From NCBI GenBank assembly GCA_963675745.2, contig CAXXWX010000016.1, positions 64,001 to 128,000 of the forward strand: a stretch of 64,000 nt of DNA, in the 5' to 3' direction. The stretch comes from Phycisphaerae bacterium. GTDB lineage: Bacteria > Planctomycetota > Phycisphaerae > UBA1845 > Fen-1342. The stretch's first letter is position 1; the number at the start of each line of letters is the position of its first letter. The position numbers were made by a program, and so were the translations under genes. Positions 35,513-44,625 of the stretch are shown here, in pieces. Below the pieces are notes generated by a model. The model was not told the origin of the DNA, did no database searches, and worked only from the letters and a program-made list of their open reading frames with translations.

Positions 35513-37660
35513 GTGATGAACTGTCGACTTGATGGGCATTTGCGCCGCGCGCTGTGGTACGCGACCGCAACCCTGCTGTGCGTGGCCGCCGCCGTCGCCC
35601 AGGAACCCTTGCGCAACACTGGTGCTCCCGACCGTGCTGACGCACTTCGCGATGATGTGCGTCAGATGATGCGTGCCGCCCGCGATCGTGTTTTCCCCGC
35701 GCTGGTAAATATCGAGGCCATCACGGTGCAGTACTGGGGTGGTGTTGAACAGAAAGACAGCAGCGTCGGCAGCGGCACGATCATCAGCCAGGAAGGCCAC
35801 GTGCTCACGAACTATCACGTGGTCGAAAACGGCCAGGAGTTTCGCTGCCGCCTGGCCGACAAGCGCGAAATCAAAGCTACACTCGTCGGCGAGGATCCGC
35901 TTACCGACCTCGCCGTGTTACAGCTTGACGCAACCGAGCTGCAACCCGGCGAGCAGCTACCGATCGCGCAATTCGGCGACTCCGACGAACTGGAAGTTGG
36001 TGATTATGTCATGGCCATGGGGTCGCCGCTGGCCCTTTCACGCTCGGTCACGCTCGGGATTGTCTCGAACACCGAGCGCGTCTTTGCCAGCGACGATGAC
36101 TCGCCGTCCGAGCTCCAGTTCTTCTCCGGGCAGCGCACCGGCCTGTTCACGCGCTGGATACAGCATGATGCTCTCATCCAGCCCGGCAACAGCGGCGGAC
36201 CGCTCGTCAATCTCCGGGGCGAACTGGTCGGCGTGAATACGCGCGGCGGCAGCGGGCAGGGATTCGCCACGCCATCCAACCAGGCACACAACGTCGCCAA
36301 CCTCCTCATCGAGCACGGCGAGGTCGAACGCAGTTATTACGGCCTCAGCCTGCGCACGATCAAGGACACCGGCCTGGACCACGGCGTGATGGTCAACTCG
36401 GTGGTTGAAGACGACCCGGCGCACAAGGCCGGAATACGCGCCGGCGACGTGATCGTAAAGGTCGCCGGCCGGCCCGTTACCGTGCGCTATGTCGAGGAAC
36501 TGCCGCCGCTCATGAAAATGCTGGCGGTTCACCCCGTCGGCGAGACTGTCGCCATCGAATATGAGCGCGACGGCAAGACCGCGGTCGCCGAGGTTGTAAC
36601 CAAGCGACTCAAGAAAGACGTCGGCGACGAAAACGTCTTCCGCGCCTGGGGGCTGACCGCGATGGAAATCACCGAGAAGATCGCGCGCGACCGCCGGCTC
36701 GACAGCACGCGCGGGGTAATAGTCAGCAGTATCCGTCCGAGCGGCCCCGCGCAGTTGGCTGAACCGGCAATCGATCGCGGCGACGTGATCCTCGCCGTCG
36801 ACAGCCGCAAGATCGACACGCTGGAGAGTTTCATCGCCCTCTACCGGGACATCATGGACGCCGAGCCGCTACCCGAGTATCTGCTGGTCGAATTCGAGCG
36901 CAGCGGCCGCAACGAACTCACGCTGATCAAGCCCAACCCGGAAAAGGACGAAGATCCGCCGCGCGAACTGCCCAAGGCCTGGATCGGGGTGGCGACACAA
37001 CCGGTGCTGCAGAAGCTCGCCGAGCAGCTCGGGCTTGAAGGTGTTCGCGGGTATCGCATCACGCGCGTGTATCCGCACACTACCGCCGCCGAGACCGATC
37101 TCCAGGTCGGCGACATTATCGTCAAGCTCAACGAACAGGAGCTGCACCCCAGCGGCGTGCAGGATGCGGGGCTTTTCGCCCGGCTTGTGCGACAGTTGGA
37201 GATCGGTGACAACGCCTCGTTGTCGCTGGTGCGCGGCGGAGTTACCGAGCAGGTGGTTGTGCCGCTTGAACGCACCCGCCTGACATCAAAAGAGGCGCGC
37301 CGCGACCGTAATCGGGATTTCGACATCATCGTGCGCGAGCTGACCTTCTTCGATCGCGACTTGCAGCGCTGGGACGAGGATGTCAAGGGCGTGCTGGTTG
37401 AGTCGGTCGAGTCCGCCGGGTGGGCCAGCCGCGCCGGGCTACAGCGCGGCGACCTGATTCAGCGCATCAACGACCGGTCGATAAAGGGCCTGAAGTCGTA
37501 CCGCAGCGCTATGGACACCATCACCGATGAGCAGCCCGAGCGCGTGGTCTTCGTCGTGCTGCGCGGCGTGCAGACGAGTTATCTGTTTGTGGAACCCGAG
37601 TGGAAACCGATCGGAAACGAGGCCCAGGCCGCGACGGCCGCCGATGAAGAGAGCGAATAG
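35513..37660 (+). CDS. HtrA/DegP-family serine protease with about four PDZ domains
   Basis: Triad TNYHV, TDLAVL, GNSGGP; repeated AGxxxGDVI/GDII/GDLI PDZ motifs. Confidence 0.92.
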   Translation: MMNCRLDGHLRRALWYATATLLCVAAAVAQEPLRNTGAPDRADALRDDVRQMMRAARDRVFPALVNIEAITVQYWGGVEQKDSSVGSGTIISQEGHVLTNYHVVENGQEFRCRLADKREIKATLVGEDPLTDLAVLQLDATELQPGEQLPIAQFGDSDELEVGDYVMAMGSPLALSRSVTLGIVSNTERVFASDDDSPSELQFFSGQRTGLFTRWIQHDALIQPGNSGGPLVNLRGELVGVNTRGGSGQGFATPSNQAHNVANLLIEHGEVERSYYGLSLRTIKDTGLDHGVMVNSVVEDDPAHKAGIRAGDVIVKVAGRPVTVRYVEELPPLMKMLAVHPVGETVAIEYERDGKTAVAEVVTKRLKKDVGDENVFRAWGLTAMEITEKIARDRRLDSTRGVIVSSIRPSGPAQLAEPAIDRGDVILAVDSRKIDTLESFIALYRDIMDAEPLPEYLLVEFERSGRNELTLIKPNPEKDEDPPRELPKAWIGVATQPVLQKLAEQLGLEGVRGYRITRVYPHTTAAETDLQVGDIIVKLNEQELHPSGVQDAGLFARLVRQLEIGDNASLSLVRGGVTEQVVVPLERTRLTSKEARRDRNRDFDIIVRELTFFDRDLQRWDEDVKGVLVESVESAGWASRAGLQRGDLIQRINDRSIKGLKSYRSAMDTITDEQPERVVFVVLRGVQTSYLFVEPEWKPIGNEAQAATAADEESE

Positions 37661-37668
37661 GGATACGC

Positions 37669-38547
37669 ATGACGAATACTCAGCAGACTTGCGGAAGGCG
37701 TCGTGGCATACGTAACTGCGTGCTGTTGACGGTGGCCGTCACGATCATTGCGGCTGTCGCCATGGCCGATGACGAGGCCTCCGAGTTCCAAACGCTGATC
37801 GAACAGCGCGGCGGCGCACTCGTGGCGATCAAGTATGTCCTCAAGAACCCCGCGTCGGATCAACAGCGCGAGCTCGAAGTGTCCGGCATTGTGGTCGATC
37901 CGACGGGCCTGGTGTTGTGTGCCAACACGCGACTGGGCGGCAATCCGCTCGGGGGCCAGAGCCTGACGCCGACCGAGATTAAGGTGCTGATCGGCGACGA
38001 TACCGAGGGGCTCGCAGCCAAGGTCATAGCGCGCGATACCGAACGCGATCTTGGTTGGCTACAGATTACCGATGAGCTCAAGGCGCCGCTGGAACACGTC
38101 GATCTCGCACGGGGAGTCGAGGCCCACCCCGGCTCGCGCCTACTCAGCTTGCGCCAGTTGGACAAATATTTCGGCCGCGCGGTGGTCGCGTCGGGGGGAC
38201 GCGTGTCGGGGACAGTCACCAAGCCGCGCACCTTGTACGTGCCGACGTCTGATCTGGACAGCGAGCCGGGCCTGCCCTTCTTCACGCCCGGCGGCGACTT
38301 TGTGGGCGTGCTCGTCGTGCAGGTGCCCGACCTGGATGCCCAGCGCGCGTCCGGCCGGCAGCTCAATGCCCGCGATATTCTCTTCATTCTCCCCGCGGAA
38401 CAGGTGCGCAAGGCCACGAGTCAGGCTAAAACGCAGGCGGCGGCTGATGAGGAGGAAGAGGACGACGACAGTGGCGAGGAGCCCGCCACGCCCGCGCCCG
38501 CCGACACTCCGCCGGCAGAAGCGCCCGGCGATGCCGAGGGAGAGTGA
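37669..38547 (+). CDS. Secreted trypsin-like-fold protein, catalytically degenerate
   Basis: SGIVVDPTGLVL, DTERDLGWL, SEPGLPFF in place of GNSGGP; acidic tail. Confidence 0.65.
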   Translation: MTNTQQTCGRRRGIRNCVLLTVAVTIIAAVAMADDEASEFQTLIEQRGGALVAIKYVLKNPASDQQRELEVSGIVVDPTGLVLCANTRLGGNPLGGQSLTPTEIKVLIGDDTEGLAAKVIARDTERDLGWLQITDELKAPLEHVDLARGVEAHPGSRLLSLRQLDKYFGRAVVASGGRVSGTVTKPRTLYVPTSDLDSEPGLPFFTPGGDFVGVLVVQVPDLDAQRASGRQLNARDILFILPAEQVRKATSQAKTQAAADEEEEDDDSGEEPATPAPADTPPAEAPGDAEGE

Positions 38548-38560
38548 CCATCCCCCCTGT

Positions 38561-38639
38561 GTAACGGCCGGCGCCCCGCCGGCCGCCGGCTACTGTGACG
38601 CCCTTTCGCGCCGCCGGCCTGCGAGGCGCAGGCCTTTAC
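38561..38639. repeat. Inverted pair of GTAA palindromic REP-like elements
   Basis: gtaacggccggcgccccgccggcc at 38561 (+) and gtaaaggcctgcgcctcgcaggcc on the minus strand ending at 38639. Confidence 0.7.
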
Positions 38640-38953
38640 AGGGCTTGGGCGAACCATGAGACCCAGGCGATGGCGCAGCATTTTGTCGTTAACCGCCCGT
38701 TTTGTGGGGAATCGGTCGCTGGCCATATGTGCAGCCCCCACTAACTCGCGGCACATGTTGGCGTGAAGTGCCGCCGATCGTGACCGCCGCCCATTTGACC
38801 CTATTGCGGGCAAGTTCTTATACTGGCGTGACTAAGCAGCGGCTTGCGGTTGCCGGAGACCTGGAACCGTGCGCCTTTGTGCGGCAGATGGCGCCGGGTG
38901 TGTACGCCCCCTGCGACTGGCACACGCGGCAGCTCTGTACTGGCGAGGATGTC

Positions 38954-40135
38954 ATGGCGGAAGTCACTCTTGAGAACATCGTCAAAATCTACCCCGGTGA
39001 CGTCAAAGCCGTTGATGACGTCAGCCTGACCATCAATGATCGCGAGTTCATCGTGCTCGTCGGCCCCTCCGGCTGCGGCAAGAGCACCACGTTGCGCATG
39101 ATCGCCGGCCTCGAAGACATCACCGCCGGCACGATACGCATCGGCGACCGCACGGTGAATGGCGTGGCGCCCAAGGACCGCGACATCGCCATGGTCTTCC
39201 AGAACTACGCGCTCTACCCGCACATGACGGTCTACAAGAACATGGCGTTCGGCCTGTTGCTGCGGCGCAAGCACGGATTCTGGGATAACTTTCTGTGGGC
39301 GTTGCTCAATCCGCCGGCGCACAAGCGGGCCCGCGCCGAACGCATGGAAATCGACGCACGCGTGCGTGACGCCGCCCGTGTGCTCGGCATCACCGAGCTG
39401 CTAAATCGGCGCCCCAAGGCCCTCTCAGGCGGACAGCGCCAGCGCGTGGCAGTCGGACGCGCGATTGTGCGCCAACCCAAGGCGTATCTCTTTGACGAAC
39501 CCCTCTCGAACCTCGATGCCAAGCTGCGTGTCGAGATGCGGGCCGAAATCAAGAAAATCCACCGCCAGGTAAACACCACCACGATTTACGTCACGCACGA
39601 CCAGGAAGAGGCGATGACGCTGGGCGATCGCGTGGTGGTGATGAAGGACGGCATTATCCACCAATGCGCGTCGCCTTTTGACGTCTACGACCGCCCGGTC
39701 AACCGCTTTGTCGCCGGTTTTGTCGGAACACCGCCGATGAATTTCCTCACCGGTCGGCTGGTCCGCGAAGGCGGCGCCCTGTTTTTTGATGACGGGGCCA
39801 ATCGCCTGGCGGTGAGCGCGGCACATCAGGGCCGGCTTGAGAGCCACGTGGACAGTCAGGTCATCGCCGGTATCCGCCCCGAGGTGCTCAGCCTGCCCAA
39901 CGGCCAGAAGCGCGCCAACTCGACGCTAAAGCTCAATGTCACCGTGGTCGAACCCCTCGGTGACCGGATGGACATCTACACCGACACCGAGCGCGGCGCC
40001 CGCGTGGTCTGCCGCGTCGACGCGCGCAGCGAGGTCGAAGAAGGCCACGCGATGGATATGCAGGTTGATATGGATCGGGTACACTTCTTCGAGTCGAAGG
40101 AGGACGGCCTGAATATCAGCCTCGGCGAGACGTAG
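38954..40135 (+). CDS. MalK/MsmX/UgpC-type sugar ABC transporter ATPase
   Basis: [37 protein letters not shown]-terminal TOBE region; SD gagg before ATG 38954. Confidence 0.93.
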   Translation: MAEVTLENIVKIYPGDVKAVDDVSLTINDREFIVLVGPSGCGKSTTLRMIAGLEDITAGTIRIGDRTVNGVAPKDRDIAMVFQNYALYPHMTVYKNMAFGLLLRRKHGFWDNFLWALLNPPAHKRARAERMEIDARVRDAARVLGITELLNRRPKALSGGQRQRVAVGRAIVRQPKAYLFDEPLSNLDAKLRVEMRAEIKKIHRQVNTTTIYVTHDQEEAMTLGDRVVVMKDGIIHQCASPFDVYDRPVNRFVAGFVGTPPMNFLTGRLVREGGALFFDDGANRLAVSAAHQGRLESHVDSQVIAGIRPEVLSLPNGQKRANSTLKLNVTVVEPLGDRMDIYTDTERGARVVCRVDARSEVEEGHAMDMQVDMDRVHFFESKEDGLNISLGET

Positions 40136-40236
40136 CTTCGCACGGGGTTGTGGGACCAGCGCCGGGTTGAGTCAACCGCCCGGGCCCTGTCCCGCCGCCC
40201 GGCCTTCCGGACCCGAGTCGGTCTTATCGGAGACTC

Positions 40237-40265
40237 ATGGGGTCGCACGTTGCGGCCCATTTTTA
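40237..40265 (+). terminator. Hairpin plus U-tract between the ABC ATPase gene and nusA
   Basis: atggggtcgca-cgt-tgcggcccat followed by tttt. Confidence 0.55.
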
Positions 40266-40395
40266 TTGCCCGCGGCTGGTCCGCGGAAAGCCGGACAACT
40301 GAATATGGTCGAGTCGCCTTCAACCAAAGCCGCTTGCCGGGCTGCCCGCGTAAACGGCCGGAGGCGCACAGTGCCACCGAAAGGCGGTAACAAGC

Positions 40396-41943
40396 ATGAA
40401 CCAGGATCTGCCCCGCATCATCGACGGTATCTGCCGTGAAAAGAACATCGATCGCGAATCGTTCATCGCGGACCTCGAAAACGCCATCGCCAGCGCCGTG
40501 CGCCGGGCCTACGGCGAGATGGAAGAGGTCGAGGTACATCTCGACATGCTGAACGGGCAGATCGCCGCGACCATCAACGGCGAGCCCATCGACATGGCCA
40601 CGCTTGGTCGCATTGCCGCCCAGACCGCCAAACAGGTCATCGTGCAGAAAACACGCGAGCGCGAACGCACCAGCATTTTTGAGGAGTTCACCGAGCGTAA
40701 GGGCACGATAGTCACCGGAACGGTCGTCCGCGCCGAACGCGGCAACCTGCTCGTGAACCTCAGCCGCACAGAGGGTTTTCTGCCGCGCAGCGAACAGATC
40801 CCCGGCGAGACACACCCGGTCGGGGCGCGCATACGCGTGCTGATCCTGGATGTGCGCGAGCAGGGCAACCAGGTAAAGGTTGTGCTTTCGCGTTCGCATC
40901 CAGACCTCATTCAACGTCTGTTCGAGCTCGAGGTGCCCGAAGTTGCCGAACGCATTATCGAGATCAGGGCGTTGGCGCGCGAAGCCGGCTATCGCAGCAA
41001 GGTGGCGGTTACCAGCATTGACTCAAAGGTTGACGCCGTCGGTGCGTGTGTTGGCGTCCGCGGTAGCCGAATCAAGAACATCGTCGACGAGCTCAGCGGC
41101 GAGAAGATCGATATCGTGCGCTGGAACGAATCGAGCCAGATTCTGATCCAGAACTCGCTGAAACCGGCGGAGGTCCAGGAAATCGCCCTGTGCTTCGAGC
41201 TTAACAAGGCGATCGTCGTGGTGACCGAAGACCAGCTTTCACTGGCGATCGGCAAGCGCGGGCAGAACGTACGCCTGGCCGCCCGGCTGACCAAGTGGGA
41301 CATCGATATCCTCACGCCGGCCGAGTACAACCGGAATCTCGAGACCATGGAGAAAACGGTCAAGGGCGTCGAGGGCGTTGACGACCTGGTCGTCGACAAG
41401 CTGGTCGCCGTCGGCTGCGTATCGGTGGCGGACATCGATGAGGTCGGCCCCGAGCCGCTCGTCGCCGAGCTCGAACTGGACCCCGAACTGGCCGAACGCA
41501 TAGTCGTCGAGTGCGGCGAAGAAGCCATCCGCCAGGAAGAGCTCAAAGAGGCGGCTCAGAAGAAAGCGGCGGAAGAGGCCGCCGCGGCGCGCGAGCTGGA
41601 AGAGAGCGCGCCGTCCACGCCATCCGCCTTTGTCCCCACCGAGGGCATCCCCACTGCCACGCCGGCCGATTCACCATCGGACAGCGCAGACGCTGCCGTG
41701 CCCGTGACGGCGACGAGCGAGGCAGAAGCCGGGGCCGAGAGCGCGGCGGTGACCACGCCCGCGGCGGAGCCGGATGCCGAGGTGCCCGAGGGTTCAGCGC
41801 CGACTGATCTTATCGCCGGCTCAACCGTCCCGGGAGACACGTCGGACGAGCCACCCGCCGACGACACCCCCGCCACCGAAGGTGTCACCGCCAACAGCGA
41901 TGAGCCGCCGGCGACGGACGAGACAAAACCCGCTGACAGCTAG
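40396..41943 (+). CDS. nusA: Transcription termination/antitermination factor NusA
   Basis: GRIAAQTAKQVI, S1 domain, FELEVPEV, AREAGYRSKVAV, GACVGVRGSRI, LSLAIGKRGQNVRLA. Confidence 0.97.
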   Translation: MNQDLPRIIDGICREKNIDRESFIADLENAIASAVRRAYGEMEEVEVHLDMLNGQIAATINGEPIDMATLGRIAAQTAKQVIVQKTRERERTSIFEEFTERKGTIVTGTVVRAERGNLLVNLSRTEGFLPRSEQIPGETHPVGARIRVLILDVREQGNQVKVVLSRSHPDLIQRLFELEVPEVAERIIEIRALAREAGYRSKVAVTSIDSKVDAVGACVGVRGSRIKNIVDELSGEKIDIVRWNESSQILIQNSLKPAEVQEIALCFELNKAIVVVTEDQLSLAIGKRGQNVRLAARLTKWDIDILTPAEYNRNLETMEKTVKGVEGVDDLVVDKLVAVGCVSVADIDEVGPEPLVAELELDPELAERIVVECGEEAIRQEELKEAAQKKAAEEAAAARELEESAPSTPSAFVPTEGIPTATPADSPSDSADAAVPVTATSEAEAGAESAAVTTPAAEPDAEVPEGSAPTDLIAGSTVPGDTSDEPPADDTPATEGVTANSDEPPATDETKPADS

Positions 41944-42046
41944 CAACGCTGAGCCCTGCTACCCGACGTTCCGTGAAAACCGTGGCTCGCGATTCGTATG
42001 AGACTGTCTACCGCTCGCGAACATCCTCGTTCTCATTGTCGGCGAA

Positions 42047-42325
42047 CTACGCCGCTACAAGGGCGGTGTGTAGCTCCACGCCAACCTCGCGGCAGTCATC
42101 AGGGGCGAACCCGTCCAATCCGTATGTTTGAGAGAAGATTCGCGACAGAGCGTTCGCCGCGTCGTTGGGGGAGTGGAGTGCACCCGCCTGGGATACGACC
42201 AAGAGGATCTGCTGATCGTATTCATCCGCGGGACAACCATTTGCCAGCAGGCCACACGGATCCCACTCATGGATGATCTGACGCACGATCAACTCGAACT
42301 GTTTCCAGCGCTTCCTATCCGTCAT
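42047..42325 (-). CDS. Small DUF1871/YugE-like protein
   Basis: WDPxG....P.DEYD motif; SD gagg before ATG 42325. Confidence 0.6.
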   Translation of the reverse strand: MTDRKRWKQFELIVRQIIHEWDPCGLLANGCPADEYDQQILLVVSQAGALHSPNDAANALSRIFSQTYGLDGFAPDDCREVGVELHTALVAA

Positions 42326-42545
42326 CTTCACATCCTCGTATGCAAGCTGGCGATGTCTGGTTTGCCGTTGCGGGCCCCCATGATCGCCCGCATTCCCGCG
42401 GGGCGCGTTTCCTAAACCCACGGCATTCTACTACGGCTAGCAGAGTGTGCGAATGCATGGCGTCTGTGGCTGACCGCCGACAAACGTGCCAACTAACACA
42501 AACCGCTCACCCGCGTTTGGGCCTTGGATTGGGAGTGTGATTCGG

Positions 42546-42575
42546 TTGCGTTTTCCGACGGTATCGGGATATACT
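42546..42575 (+). promoter_or_regulatory. Candidate sigma70 promoter for the ABC-F leader
   Basis: TTGCGT-N18-TATACT. Confidence 0.5.
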
Positions 42576-42635
42576 GACCGCTGGACAATCTTAATCCTTC
42601 ACGTGGTGGTTTCACGGAATGACCGACCGGTAGAC

Positions 42636-42851
42636 ATGACGAAACGTGTGCGACGCTCCCCGCGTTGCCGCCGCCGGCCGCCTGTGTTGCGCGGCTCGCG
42701 ACGTCGTTTCGTCAACTGCCGTGCTCCCGTGGCCGCCGTTTTTGTGTAATCCCAGAAAACAACACCGGCCGTGCCACGGGGCTGTCGTGGTGATCAGGCG
42801 CGCCCGACGCCGTCGAATCGGCGCGGCGCAAATGGCCGGGAGTTACACAAA
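42636..42851 (+). promoter_or_regulatory. Candidate leader-peptide translational attenuator
   Basis: uORF 42636-42749; TTTGTGTAATCCC (42741-53) is complementary to the SD/start region GGGAGTTACACAAA (42838-51). Confidence 0.55.
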
Positions 42852-44491
42852 TGTTGCCAGCCAGTCTGGAGTTCCAGGGCGTTACTTTCATCTACGATTC
42901 GGCCGCCGACCCGGTGTTTGAGCAATTGTCGGCGTGTTTCCCACGCGGTTGGACCGGAATCATCGGCGCAAACGGCTCCGGCAAGACTACGCTCCTGCGG
43001 CTGGCATGTGGCATGCTGATGCCGATACACGGGCGCGTTATCGCACCGGACCGCGTTATCTATTGCCCGCAGCGTACTGATGATCCACCCGGAGAACTGA
43101 CGGCGTTTGTCGACGCCACCGACCGACTCGCCTGCGCCTTGCGCGGGCAACTCGGCGTGTTGGCCGAGTGGGTCGAGCGCTGGCAGACACTCAGTCACGG
43201 CGAGCGGAAGCGCGCGCAAATCGCAGTGGCCTTGTGGCACGAACCCCGCCTGCTCGCCATCGATGAGCCGACCAACCACATTGACCTGCACGCTCGGCAA
43301 CAGCTTGGCCACGCGCTATCAACTTTCCGCGGCGTCGGACTGCTCGTCAGTCACGACCGTGCCCTGCTGGACCGACTCTGTCGCCAGTGCCTGATGGTCG
43401 AGTCGCCCAGCGCGACCATCCGCCCCGGCGGGTACACCAAAGCGACCGAGCTGGCCAAAGCGGAATTGCAGCGGCGACGCACCGAACGCGAACAGGCCCG
43501 ACATGAGCTCGCGCGCTTGAAGCGCGAAGCGGCCAAGCGGCAACAGGAAGCCGCCGCCTCACATAAGAAGCGCTCCAAGCGCGGCCTGGCGATCAAGGAC
43601 CACGATGCGAAATTCAAGATCAACCAGGCACGTATCACGGGCAAGGATGGCAAGGCCGGCGAGTTGTACAACCAGCTCCAGGGGCGTGTGCAGCAGGCAA
43701 GTGAGCGGCTTGACCGGCGCAGCGTCCCGCGGCAACAGCGCATGGGCATTCGGCTGACCGGCGAACGCTCGCGACGCGACACCCTGTTGCGCCTACCGGC
43801 ACAGACGATCCCACTGTGGCACCGGCCGGCATTCAGAGATCCGTGGCACCGGTTTCAAACCGGTGATACGGCAGTTAAGTGCCCGGCCGGCGCCCCGCCA
43901 GAAGCATCAGCGGAAGCGCCCGCGCGGCCAGGCCAGCGCACATTGGCTATCCCCGATCTGGAAATCACCCCCGACGCGCGCATCGCTCTGACAGGTCCGA
44001 ACGGATCCGGCAAGAGCACGCTCCTGCGCCACATCACGCACGAGCTCTCGCTCCCGCCCGATCGCCTGATCTACCTCCCCCAGGAACTGCCGGCCGCCGC
44101 GGCCGACGCCGCCCTTCGTGACCTGCACAGCCTGCGCAGCGATGCATACGGCGAGATGATCTCGACCATCGCCCGGCTCGGCTCCGACCCCGAGCGCGTA
44201 ATGCAGGCAGAGCATCCCAGCCCCGGCGAGCTGCGCAAGATCCTCCTGGCGCGCGGCCTGACGAAACGCCCGTACCTGATCATCATGGACGAGCCGACCA
44301 ACCATTTGGATCTGCCGTCGATCGAGTGCCTGGAGTCGGCGTTGCAACCCGCGGATTGCGCACTGCTGTTGGTGAGTCACGACCTGCCGTTCCTGAAGCG
44401 GCTGTGCCGCACCTGGTGGCATATCAAGTGCGATGCCGACGAGGCCACGATCTGCCGCCTGACAACGAGCCCGCACGCCCCTCCGAACTAG
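42851..44491 (+). CDS. ABC-F family ribosome-associated ATPase
   Basis: Two ABC domains (GANGSGKTT/LSHGE/IDEPTNH and GPNGSGKST/SPGE/MDEPTNH), helical linker, no TM segments. Confidence 0.9.
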   Translation: MLPASLEFQGVTFIYDSAADPVFEQLSACFPRGWTGIIGANGSGKTTLLRLACGMLMPIHGRVIAPDRVIYCPQRTDDPPGELTAFVDATDRLACALRGQLGVLAEWVERWQTLSHGERKRAQIAVALWHEPRLLAIDEPTNHIDLHARQQLGHALSTFRGVGLLVSHDRALLDRLCRQCLMVESPSATIRPGGYTKATELAKAELQRRRTEREQARHELARLKREAAKRQQEAAASHKKRSKRGLAIKDHDAKFKINQARITGKDGKAGELYNQLQGRVQQASERLDRRSVPRQQRMGIRLTGERSRRDTLLRLPAQTIPLWHRPAFRDPWHRFQTGDTAVKCPAGAPPEASAEAPARPGQRTLAIPDLEITPDARIALTGPNGSGKSTLLRHITHELSLPPDRLIYLPQELPAAAADAALRDLHSLRSDAYGEMISTIARLGSDPERVMQAEHPSPGELRKILLARGLTKRPYLIIMDEPTNHLDLPSIECLESALQPADCALLLVSHDLPFLKRLCRTWWHIKCDADEATICRLTTSPHAPPN

Positions 44492-44530
44492 CAGCCGACA
44501 TCCTCTGAAGCCGCGGCCGACGTTTTTCAT

Positions 44531-44560
44531 GTAACGGCCGGCGCCTCGCCGGCCGCCGAC
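44531..44560 (+). repeat. GTAA palindromic REP-like element
   Basis: gtaacggccggcgcctcgccggccg between convergent genes. Confidence 0.7.
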
Positions 44561-44625
44561 AGCAGCACGGCGGCAGGTCTCACTGCGCTCTACCTACGTT
44601 ACATGAAGACCTGGTTGCGTGAGGC

